A DNA stretch of 27,297 nucleotides from Ginkgo biloba (taxonomy: Eukaryota; Plantae; Ginkgophyta): NCBI GenBank assembly GCA_024626585.2, contig JANKJI020000002.1, positions 269,160,956 to 269,188,252 on the forward strand, in the 5' to 3' direction. Position numbers and translations under genes: made by a program. Positions 11,966 through 22,385 of the stretch are shown here, piece after piece (position 1 is the first letter of the stretch; each line of letters starts with the position of its first letter). Below the pieces are notes generated by a model, which saw nothing but the letters and a program-made list of their open reading frames with translations, did no database searches and had not been told where the DNA came from.

Positions 11966-12056
11966 ATTGGAAAGAAATCTATCACTCATCAAAATTCACC
12001 CATGGGCAGTCTGATTAGACAGACAGACAGTTTATCCATGACTCAACGTGTTGAAC
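11966..12056 (+). repeat. Partial copy of the intron-1 hairpin element (left arm), truncated by a 100-N gap
   Basis: AAGAAATCTATCACTCATCAAAATTCACCCATGGGCAGTCTGATTAGACAGACAGACAG aligns with AAGAAAACTATCCACTCATCAGAATGCACCAATGGGCAATTGATTAGACAGGTGGGCAG at 13157-13215. Confidence 0.8.
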
Positions 12057-12158
12057 NNNNNNNNNNNNNNNNNNNNNNNNNNNNNNNNNNNNNNNNNNNN
12101 NNNNNNNNNNNNNNNNNNNNNNNNNNNNNNNNNNNNNNNNNNNNNNNNNNNNNNNNAA

Positions 12159-12650
12159 GGGCACAATTTGGTAGGAATTAAGGCACCGGGGGGCAGAAAT
12201 TTGGTCACGGCAAATGCTAAGAAGAATCAATGGTTGGACCCATTTGATTTTGGAGACGACTCAGACATGGAATACGGAGACCTTTTTGCAGATGGGAAGC
12301 AGGATGCTGAGGAACCTAGGCCTCCTGACGACCCATTTAATGAATATGGTTTTCTAAAATTTCGTAAAGGTTACAATGTGGAGATTGCTTCACTTGGGGC
12401 ACGCGTGAGGGGTGATGTTAGGGCGTGCTGCTGTATGGTGGCTGGGGGTGTTTACGAGAATCTGCTGTTTTTTCCTGTCATTCAGCTGCTGAAAGAAAGA
12501 TATCCTGGAGTGACCTTAGATGTAGTGGCCAGTGCAAGGGGCAAACAGACTTATGAAATGAATAAGTATGTCAGATGGGCTATGGTTTATGACGTTGAGG
12601 AAGAGTTTGTTGCGCCCGCAGACTACACTGAGATGATTGGCAAACTTAAG
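12159..12650 (+). CDS. PNSB1: Photosynthetic NDH subunit of subcomplex B 1 (PnsB1/NDF1/NDH48), first coding exon; start codon and most of the transit peptide lost in a gap
   Basis: Uninterrupted translation KKNQWLDPFDFGDDSDMEYGDLFADGKQD...YGFLKF.KGY.VEIASL...RGDVR.CCC...GGVYENLLFFP.IQLLKERYPGV...RGKQTYEMNK.VRWA.VYD...YTEMIGKLK closely matches the PnsB1 N-terminal half. Similarity ends exactly at AAG|GTAGGC, a phase-0 GT donor at 12651. Confidence 0.93.
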
Positions 12651-12656
12651 GTAGGC
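12648..12656 (+). other. 5' splice donor of PnsB1 intron 1
   Basis: AAG|GTAGGC coincides with the end of homology and a drop to AT-rich sequence. If unspliced, the frame runs 23 more codons to TAG at 12720-12722. Confidence 0.8.
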
Positions 12657-13018
12657 TTCGAGGGCATGGGCGTTCATTTTTCTATTTATTGCCTTGATAA
12701 TGTAAAAGGTTTAGAAGTCTAGGCCATTTTGTATTAATTCTATAAACCTAACTCTGTATATTCTGAAATTTATTTACCAGACAAAAAAGGAAACCTTGAT
12801 TTTATAAATCTCAGACATCTTCTACAGAGTGGGGGTTTTATGGTGATTCCATGAGAACAGAACTTGTGATCAAAATTGCACCCCTCCCTAGCCCTTTTAA
12901 GGGTTCTGAACCTTGCCAAAAGGATAACATATTTCCAAGTTTTGGTCTTCCAAAAAAAACCCAGTTATATGTTTTCTCCTCTCCCAGTGGAAGGATCAAG
13001 ACTTTACTAACTTGCATG

Positions 13019-13110
13019 CAAGGATCAAATTTAAGACTTAGATTCATTGCGCTATGCCATAGAAGTGCAATTGAAAAATGCCCTTGAAATGAGAAGCAAA
13101 ATCATATTTA
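13019..13110. mobile_element. Partial terminus of the same hAT MITE family as 16841-17117, in opposite orientation
   Basis: CAAGGATCAAATTT at 13019 equals the reverse complement of the MITE right end. Weaker similarity continues (TTAGA..CATT...ATAGAAG.GC). Confidence 0.55.
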
Positions 13111-13179
13111 CACACTTCAAGAAAAGGGAGACATGAACGTATGGCTGTCAATTGTGAAGAAAACTATCCACTCATCAGA

Positions 13180-13287
13180 ATGCACCAATGGGCAATTGAT
13201 TAGACAGGTGGGCAGCTTATTCTGTCTCACAGTGTGCTAGACAAGAGCTGCCTGCCTGTCTAATCAACATGCTGCCCATCGGTGCAT
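13180..13287. repeat. ~108-nt imperfect inverted repeat (foldback hairpin) in PnsB1 intron 1
   Basis: ATGCACCAATGGGCA pairs with TGCCCATCGGTGCAT (14/15). TTGATTAGACAGGTGGGCAGCT pairs with AGCTGCCTGCCTGTCTAATCAA (20 Watson-Crick + 2 G:U). Inner TGTCT/AGACA and CAC/GTG stems. Confidence 0.9.
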
Positions 13288-13336
13288 GTAGGCCGTATAA
13301 CCACCTTGTTTGATGTTTATATTAGGTAGGTAGCTC

Positions 13337-13975
13337 AGGTCATTGAAATGGGAGGAATCCACATGGGCAGCCGGCCGGGACATGGATAGGGCGGATCAGG
13401 ATGGATATATACACAATGCTTATCCATGCATTTCCCTTAAAAAGTGTTTTATAGTAAGCGAACATCATTGAAGGGAATGCCAAAGCAGAAATAGTATTCA
13501 AAGAGGCCTTTTTATCATGGTATATACATTAATGGAAACCGCCAGTTTTTTGGTTAAAATAGACAAAAACTTGATGGAACATCATATGCACAATGATTTT
13601 TCTTTTTTTTTGTAGGAATTTAAAGGAAGACAGCATGTGCTAATGAATGTACTCACAGGTGGCGTGCTAATTGCACATTTGTGAAAGTGCACGGCTTAAG
13701 GAGGTTGCAGTTTCAAAATGGGCCGGATGCAGTATACACAGTGGCTGTGTATGCAGTGCAATTTTTTTTACTGCATGCATAGGAAAGCCCATTGACCGAA
13801 CAAATGGATGGTGTTACAAGACATGCATACTTAACTCTGCTTTGTCTGAAATAACTCTTGGGAAGGTCACCTGTGTACTTTTTTGTGTTCTAAGCTGTTG
13901 GTCTGCCTCCCTGTGGGTCAAGGCTCAAAAGATTTAAGAATCATTGGAAGAAGCAATGGGGCAGTCAGAGATGTC
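13337..13975 (+). pseudogene. Decayed relic B of the PnsB1/NDF1 3' coding region
   Basis: STWAAG/PGH (cf. STKLAGLGH) and RADQDGYIH at 13388 (cf. ARDRVSYIY). After a polypyrimidine-TAG acceptor-like site ending at 13615, one frame reads NLKEDSMC**MYSQVAC*LHICESARLKEVAVSKWAGCSIHSG (cf. NLSE..MYTQ..WL...LRVSLSRKVKEVVAAKY..AG..IHG), then FFT..IDRTNG and LGKVTCVLF, and in a shifted frame RIIGRSNGAVRDV (cf. IIASKTGKLADI). In-frame stops and deletions. Confidence 0.6.
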
Positions 13976-13983
13976 TGTCAAAG

Positions 13984-14022
13984 TGTATGTATATATACAC
14001 ACACATACATGATGCATGCATG
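13984..14022. repeat. Compound simple repeat (TATG/TA/CA/ATGC)
   Basis: TGTATGTATATATACACACACACATACATGATGCATGCATGC-type tract. A similar tract lies at 11615-11646. Confidence 0.8.
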
Positions 14023-16840
14023 CCTTTGGGAGATGATCAATTTGAGAATAGGAAAAATGTTAAAGATTAGCAGTTGAGTGATTACATTCTATTTTTGCTT
14101 TAGTTTACCAGTAAATGTAAATGTAATTGGTTTGACAAATTCTCCACCATGTCATGTAAAAAAAGTTGACATCGAATCCATAGGTTTTGGTAAGTTAGTC
14201 TGCATTAACTGAATCCAACGGTAATTCTTGCAACAATCATGGCTCTTGATTCTCTAAGTTACTGGTCGACCCTTACAAAGGGGGAGGGTGTCAACTTCAA
14301 AGTTCAATGAGAATGACTTTATCTTTTAGAAAATACAAGCTTAAACATACTTTCAAAAAGGACAACGATTAGTATTCGTACTAGTGATCTCTTTTAAGTT
14401 TATGCACCCATTGCCAAGGATAAAACGTCAAACAAGTTGGTCATATTGCAACTATTAGATTGAAATGTTAAACAAAATGTTTTAGAATTCGAGGCCTAAT
14501 CCCACTCCATCTTCATGGCACTTCTTTTAGGTGTCCAATAACTATTTGGTCTCTAAGATATGTCTTGTAGAAATTATGAGACCATTTTTTTGAACATTAC
14601 GTTAGTGTGCAAAAATTTGTACAAGTGGATTATGTAAACATTCAACATAAATAGGAAATAAAGCATTAGCTTGTAATGAAAGATAGCTCACATGTTTAAG
14701 ACAAGGTCCGTGAGAGAAAGAAGAGGGTGAAGGGTCAAAACCTAAGGGGTGGAAATATTGTTTCCATTTTTAATTTCACGTGAATTGCCTAAAAACTTTC
14801 CATGCTAAAATAATAGTCGGGGATGTGCCTTATTAGGTAATTGGGTGGTAATGGACTACATGTATATTTTCTTTGAGAGAAAAATGCCCTTTGAGAACAC
14901 TGGTGCATTCAAATATGTTTTTGTAGTGCACAAGCTTACATGTTCTACATATGGAAAACTATATGTCACCAACTTGTTATATTTCTAAAATTTTCCAAAA
15001 AATAAATTCTCATATAGGGAAATTGCTATAAAGTATTAGCCATTATACATTTTTTTGAGAATTTTATTATATTTGCCAAATTTTGTACTAACTTGTAGTG
15101 AAATATATTTTTTTAATGTGAATTTACAAACATTATTATTTAATCCTTATCTTATATATTTTAAAGATTCACTAACCNNNNNNNNNNNNNNNNNNNNNNN
15201 NNNNNNNNNNNNNNNNNNNNNNNNNNNNNNNNNNNNNNNNNNNNNNNNNNNNNNNNNNNNNNNNNNNNNNNNNNNNNNNNNNNNNNNNNNNNNNNNNNNN
15301 NNNNNNNNNNNNNNNNNNNNNNNNNNNNNNNNNNNNNNNNNNNNNNNNNNNNNNNNNNNNNNNNNNNNNNNNNNNNNNNNNNNNNNNNNNNNNNNNNNNN
15401 NNNNNNNNNNNNNNNNNNNNNNNNNNNNNNNNNNNNNNNNNNNNNNNNNNNNNNNNNNNNNNNNNNNNNNNNNNNNNNNNNNNNNNNNNNNNNNNNNNNN
15501 NNNNNNNNNNNNNNNNNNNNNNNNNNNNNNNNNNNNNNNNNNNNNNNNNNNNNNNNNNNNNNNNNNNNNNNNNNNNNNNNNNNNNNNNNNNNNNNNNNNN
15601 NNNNNNNNNNNNNNNNNNNNNNNNNNNNNNNNNNNNNNNNNNNNNNNNNNNNNNNNNNNNNNNNNNNNNNNNNNNNNNNNNNNNNNNNNNNNNNNNNNNN
15701 NNNNNNNNNNNNNNNNNNNNNNNNNNNNNNNNNNNNNNNNNNNNNNNNNNNNNNNNNNNNNNNNNNNNNNNNNNNNNNNNNNNNNNNNNNNNNNNNNNNN
15801 NNNNNNNNNNNNNNNNNNNNNNNNNNNNNNNNNNNNNNNNNNNNNNNNNNNNNNNNNNNNNNNNNNNNNNNNNNNNNNNNNNNNNNNNNNNNNNNNNNNN
15901 NNNNNNNNNNNNNNNNNNNNNNNNNNNNNNNNNNNNNNNNNNNNNNNNNNATATATATTTGAGTTCTCAATTCAATGTTTGAAAAACTTATAGTTGTGTC
16001 ATATCTATTTATATGCTAAGTATTTAATAAGTTTTAATATTAGAAAACACCTACTCTATAGGTAATACCTCCATATAATTAAAGGACTAAATTGGGTTAG
16101 AGAGTGATAATTGCCAATTTTTTGTTACCTTTAAAAATAATTGTACGAACTTATAAAATAAAGTAGAAAATTTATTATTATAGAATAGTGATTCAAAATA
16201 CCAAGGATTGGGATTTCCCAACTAATGGCCATGATCTCGAATCATATGGACTCAATTCTGCTATGTGTATAATATAATCCCTATAGCCATGGGCAAATGC
16301 ACCTAACATCATTGAGACTAAGCCTATTTAACCTTAAGGAGCTCAAACTTATCATTCCTTATTATATTTGTGCAGATGCATTTGTATTTATATAATTACA
16401 ATACAAAAAATTGTAATGAGAATTCATTATTTAGAAAATCATTTTCCTTTATAATTAAGAAGATTAATAAAATAACCAAAATCTAAGCACACTATTAATA
16501 TGTTACTGAGACCAATAATGCTAATAATATTATGGATAACAAGTTTCAAACTACCTCATCGATGCAACCAAACCTTTTTTATCTTTCCTTTTCTTTTTCT
16601 TTGTGTGTGTGTGAGAGAGGACACACAAGATGGAAATGAAAAATACTTGGGATCCTAATCTAGATTAGGAAAAAATCCCATCAAACTAAAGTTTTATTCA
16701 TCTTGCTTAAATTTAATCCCTTGTGCCTCACCTTTCGTTATTGAACTTGTCTTTATGATTAAAACCGTTTGATGAAGGATACTTTGAATGTTCCTTTTTA
16801 TTTAGCCAGCCAAATATTTGATTATTCATTTAGTCGTATG

Positions 16841-17117
16841 TAGGGATCAAATTTGACGGGGAGGGTCCTCCTTCCTTGTAAAGGGGGAATTGTATTATAA
16901 ATTATTAAATAAAATATTAGGAATGATCTTTCCCTACAAATCATTATTATAAATGAATAAGAAATTATAAACTTAAAAAATTATTTATAAAGTGCCCTTC
17001 TTTTTACAAGGAAAATCTTATTGTGCCATTTCATTTGAAGCATAAAAAATGTAGAGCTCTTCTATAATGAGTAAAATGGGTTCTAAAGGGAATGGACGCC
17101 TTCAAATTTGATCCTTG
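16841..17117. mobile_element. Non-autonomous hAT (Ac/Ds-like) MITE, 277 bp
   Basis: TIRs TAGGGATCAAATTTGA / TCAAATTTGATCCTTG (13-bp perfect core; cf. the Ac TIR (C/T)AGGGATGAAA). 8-bp flanking duplication GTCGTATG (16833-16840) / GTCCTATG (17118-17125), 7/8 identical. Inner inverted repeat TTCCTTGTAAA / TTTACAAGGAA. Confidence 0.88.
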
Positions 17118-17619
17118 GTCCTATGTTACCTTATTGATGTATATGTATAGTGCTTAGGTTAAAGAAATTGAGTTTTTTGTGGAAGTCGTTGAGGCCAAAG
17201 TGGCACCAATTTCCTTCTTGTGTTTTTCTTTGAATTTTTAAATAATTCTATTTCTTATGTACTATTAGATTTGGAGTAGCTTAATTATAGTGATTCATAT
17301 AACTATTATTTTTGTACTATTCATACATATTCTTTTATTGTTTGGTCAAGGAAGTACAACCAAACATAAGTACCAAGCGAAGATATAAAAATGACCTGAA
17401 ACAAGAAATTAAACTATTGCTATTTGTAAGATAAATGACAACTTTNNNNNNNNNNNNNNNNNNNNNNNNNNNNNNNNNNNNNNNNNNNNNNNNNNNNNNN
17501 NNNTTATTTAAATTTATATGACTTACAATATTCAATGCCAAGTGATATTATAATGGATAACTAAATAAGAAACACATAGCATAGTGGAAAGGAATAGACA
17601 TATATTTGTTGTACTTTAG

Positions 17620-18035
17620 TTGTAGAGATTAGAAGTAAAACAAGAAAGATTATATACAACTAAGTTTTTAGGCAAAGCACATAAAAGACACCAAAATCTC
17701 ACAAACAAAGGATAATATGATAAGTTTATTATCGCATAAGACTAAAATGAATTGCATAAAGAGAAAAACATTTAAGAGTGCCATCTATTACATCTATCCA
17801 AGATGTTTCCTTTTATTTGATTAGAATAGAATATTGGTAAATTTTAATATACGAACACAAATTACAAAAACATTAAATAAAGACACCATTAAATGCATTA
17901 AGGGGCACTAAGACCAATAAAGGTGAACTAGTCTAAAACCTAAAATAACTAAAATATTACAAAATAATATAAAACTCAAAGACATAAAAGTGCATATAAA
18001 AAATTGAGTTGCTTAATTATTGCTCCCTTCTCAAT
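17620..18035 (-). mobile_element. Possible decayed LTR with adjacent polypurine tract
   Basis: A-rich LTR-like composition ending at GCTCCCTTCTCAA (minus strand TTGAGAAGGGAGC, PPT-like). Boundaries approximate. Confidence 0.3.
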
Positions 18036-19449
18036 GAGATCCACATCAATTGGTTGGTTAATAATCTTTTAATCTTTATTAAGGATCCACTCCTTACTGT
18101 TGTTGTAATTAATCATAATATTGTTTCTTTAGCAATGTTAGAATTTTAACATAACCTACAAAGACATCTTAAAGAAACTATCTAGATTAATGACACATTA
18201 GTGAGATGCAAATTATAAAAAAGAAAATGATACTAAAGCAGTCAAACACAAACTTGAGGGCATACTTATGATAAAATATATAATATCATTGGTGTAAATA
18301 TTAGTCTAAGTAAAACTTGTTGAAGAGATTAATAAAAATGTTCATATAACCTAATTTAGAAAGATTTAAGTTCCATAACATCTTGAAATGTTCTAGCTAA
18401 TAGAAATATAAAATATATAATTACAAAAATGAATAACCTATAAACTATCATGTAAGAAGTGAGGATATCAATATTCTAAGCTATGAAAGGTTATACAACT
18501 AGAAAGTTTTTAACGAAGAACTAGATAATATATTTATCAAATTCCACATCATGCAAGATGGGATGAAGCCTAGAATCTTATGACTAGTAATTATTTCAAT
18601 CTCCTCTTCTCATACATCTACAAAACTTATGCAACTTAGCTTTAACAAATCATATTAACATAAACCAAGCCAAATAAAATGTAATAATCCAAAAGTAAGG
18701 CTTATAGACCACATATGAAGGACCTTTGGATGTGGTAGTTCATGAAAATAATGGAGATACATTCTTCAAGGAAAACCATGTTATGTCCCCAAATTAATGT
18801 ATATGACTATGGTTGACAATGTTAATTGTGTAGAGACAAGTGGTACATCCATGTTTATAAGGGTAATCACAAATTNNNNNNNNNNNNNNNNNNNNNNNNN
18901 NNNNNNNNNNNNNNNNNNNNNNNNNNNNNNNTAAGGGCATTCAAGCCTCAGTTGTAATGTATAATTCATTTTGATCTTAATTATTTTAGAGCATTTTACT
19001 CATTTATGACCTTTTAGAACTCAGGTGAGTCCTTTAATGACTTCTTAGGCTCAGGTGAGCTCCATTGTGATATTATGATCTATTTTATTTTGTGGCATGG
19101 ATTTTATATTGTACACAATTATCATGTATATTGTTGTATCTCCACATTTACATCATTTAGTGCAAAATTTTAATTGTAGAACCCATATGGGTTGCTACAT
19201 AAGCATTGGTAATTTGATATTTAGTTATGATGAGCTTGAAGAATAATGATTGGTTCTCTTGTAATGATTAAAATCCTTTCTAATTACACGTTAAATGACC
19301 CACTCCAAATACCATTCAAACAAGAATATTGAATCAATGAGCATCCATANNNNNNNNNNNNNNNNNNNNNNNNNNNNNNNNNNNNNNNNNNNNNNNNNNN
19401 NNNNNNNNNNNNNNNNNNNNNNNNNNNNNNNNNNNNNNNNNNNNNNNNN

Positions 19450-21900
19450 GATCCCAAATTTTATTTTAAGGTTATCTTCCACATATTAGAAATCTCTATT
19501 CATACTTGATGGTATCTAGAGGTGAGATTAATCTTAGTGAAAAATTTTTCATCATGGAGTTGATCAAGAAGGTATTTGATATAGGAAAGAGGACACCAAT
19601 TCTTAATACTAATATTGTTAAGCACTCCATAGTCAATGCACAAGTGCTAATTCCCATATTTTTTTGGAATGAGTAGATCTAGAGATCCATAAGGAGAAGT
19701 ATTAGGTTAGATTATTCAATAATTAATTAATTGCATAAGTTATATTTATAATAATTTATTCTAGGTTAGACTCTTCCATTATCATAGGTGTATTGTAGAC
19801 TGATTTGTTGGGCAATGGTGCTCACTGAAGAATATCAATGGAATGATGGATGGACCTAAGTGGAGGAATACACTTAGGGTCCTTCAATACATCATTGTAT
19901 GAAGCAAGAATGTCTTATATATCTTTGGGAGGTACTATATATTGAGTTTAGACTTGTCTAACCACATAAATTATAAATTTCTTAGTGGCATTGGTAAATT
20001 TGACTATAGCATCCTTGAAAATGGGAGTAATAGAATGTGAGGAATTAAACTAAAATGTCTTATTATATTTTTATAGCTTATAGGTTCTATGGTATGTATC
20101 GTAGATTGATTATAGATCATAATAATAGGGATTTCCAATCGAGATATCACAATAGTCCATGGGAGTTATATCATAATCTAGAGTGTCAATGAAAGATTCA
20201 TCAACCAAGGTCACATTGTAAAATTTGTCAACCCTTATTGGTTATCCATTTATCTTGATCTAGACAAGATGATAAGGGTGTAGATGTACCATTTTAGGAA
20301 GTTTAAGGGATGTGACTAAGTCCTAGGAAACATGGTTCTTCATGTTGTCATTATCAATGATGTAGAGGACCAAGCGGTAATTGGCTTACTAGTTCTATGT
20401 GAATAAGGCCACTTTATCTATGGAAGGATATTCTTTAGTAATAAAGACACATTTAGGGTTTGATTCGTTGGATTACTAACCACTACTAATTGATCTACCT
20501 CTATTACTTCTTCTTTATTTTACTTAGTTACAAGTCTGTGATATTTTTCTCCTTACGATTTTAGACATTCTTCATTTGAGTGTCTATATGTTGTATGATA
20601 ATTACAATATTTTGAAGAACCCTTGCCATTTGGCTTGGGTTTATACATTAGGAAAGGAGCAAAAGAAAAAGAAGAGAATTTAGACTTTTTAGAAGCTTCA
20701 AGATCTTTGGAGTGTTGCTGACTTAGTCACTCCCTTCCGTTGCACTTTGCCTTCCATCTTTAAAGCAAATTGGAAGGCTTATTCAAGAGAGTTGATTGTC
20801 AAAAGATCCATTTTTCGTTGTAGATGAGAAAAGAGTCCACTTGTGAATTTTTTCTTAAGGATCTCATCTAGGTCTTGGATCTCAAGCATGATGGACATCT
20901 TGTTGAAGCAGTCGATGTACTTTTGCATTGTTTGACTAGATGCTTGGCGAAGATGCAACCACTATTTTGTGAGCTCCTTGTGATACCTATGGGGGTAAAA
21001 CCTTCCTCAGACTACAACTTTGAATTTGTCCCATCTTTGAATGGGAGGTAAATTGTCGGCAACGAGGTGGCGNNNNNNNNNNNNNNNNNNNNNNNNNNNN
21101 NNNNNNNNNNNNNNNNNNNNNNNNNNNNNNNNNNNNNNNNNNNNNNNNNNNNNNNNNNNNNNNNNNNNNNNNTGTGTGACTCTTTAGGTGATAATGGGAG
21201 AGATACAGACTTAGGGGCATATCACTAAAGGTTGTATAAGGTATGTAGAACCTATAAATTTGAAAGGTATGGAAATAATCTTCTTAAAGAGTGTTACTTT
21301 TAGATATACACTATGGTTATTTTTGAAAACTTAGGAAGGTCATACAACTCATAGAGGGTTGAATAATCTTGGTAGAGGTCATTGGAGGGTCACTTAGATA
21401 AGGAGGCCACTATGGAGAAGTCATCATACTCTAATATGACTTTAAAGGTGAATAATAATATCTAGATAGAAGGGTTTCTTTACAAAAAAATAGTGGCTAG
21501 AAATACCGCTTTTCTAGGCTATGATTCCAACTAATATAACTTACTAAGAAAGATGAGAAAAGACTAGATCTATGGCTATAAGAGAGAGAAGCATAAATTG
21601 CTCCAATACAGAAAACACATGTAGGGATTTTATTCATAAAAACCTAGCTTCAAATACATAAGGGTAGTGGAATTTAAATAATAGAGAGGCTCATTATATA
21701 CAATTGATACCTTATGCAACTATCCTTGTCTAAAATAATAATATGTTGATTATTAAGTGGTAGTTATATTTTTAAATATCCACATGTTTTCTAATTCACA
21801 AAACATACTAAAGTATAAACACACACACCAACCAATGAGTATTTATAATATGTGATAAGCACACACAAAATAAACATCCTAACTCTAGACTAGGGTGTTC
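19450..21900 (-). mobile_element. Decayed Ty3/gypsy LTR retrotransposon: 5' LTR - PBS - gag - zinc knuckle - protease - RT (partial)
   Basis: On the minus strand: PBS TGGAATCATAGC (21518-21529, 2 mismatches to TGGTATCAGAGC); gag PIQRWDKFKVVV*GRFYP...WLHLRQ (~21050-20750); knuckle YCNYHTTYRHSNEEC (~20600); protease IIDNDNMKNHVS...PMDYCDISIGNPY (~20360-20120); RT PKKYGN*HLCIDYGVLN...LLDQLH..KFFTKINLTSRYHQV (~19720-19450). LTR outer boundary approximate. Confidence 0.88.
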
Positions 21901-22385
21901 ATTAAACCTCTATAATGAAATTCTAGTGTTATGTAACCTAAATTAATGACTAATATTGAATTATAANNNNNNNNNNNNNNNNNNNNNNNNNNNNNNNNNN
22001 NNNNNNNNNNNNNNNNNNNNNNNNNNNNNNNNNNNNNNGACCATGACCAATAACTAAGGTTGAAACAAATGATTACAAAAAAGAATAAAGGCCCAAAATA
22101 AGGAAAAATATGGTAAAGCATTGAAGTCCAAAGAATGGGTTAAAGAAATATTTGTAGAAAGGAAAAAACCCTACTCAAATTAAAGACTAGCTCTAAACAC
22201 CAATATATACAAAGTTGAGCCCTGGATCCCAATGAAAAATCCATAGAAAGATGGGTGGAAATAAACAAATTGATAACAAACCCATNNNNNNNNNNNNNNN
22301 NNNNNNNNNNNNNNNNNNNNNNNNNNNNNNNNNNNNNNNNNNNNNNNNNNNNNNNNNNNNNNNNNNNNNNNNNNNNNNNNNNNNN

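Noticed and set aside
12048-12056. ORF-track start (MLN) for PnsB1
   Set aside because: It is a GTG inside the hairpin-repeat copy, separated from the exon by an unknown-size gap, so the frame link is meaningless.
19509-19522. TGGTATCTAGAG resembling a plus-strand tRNA-Met PBS
   Set aside because: It is the reverse complement of the RT codons T-S-R-Y-H (cf. SGYHQ) in the minus-strand gypsy relic.
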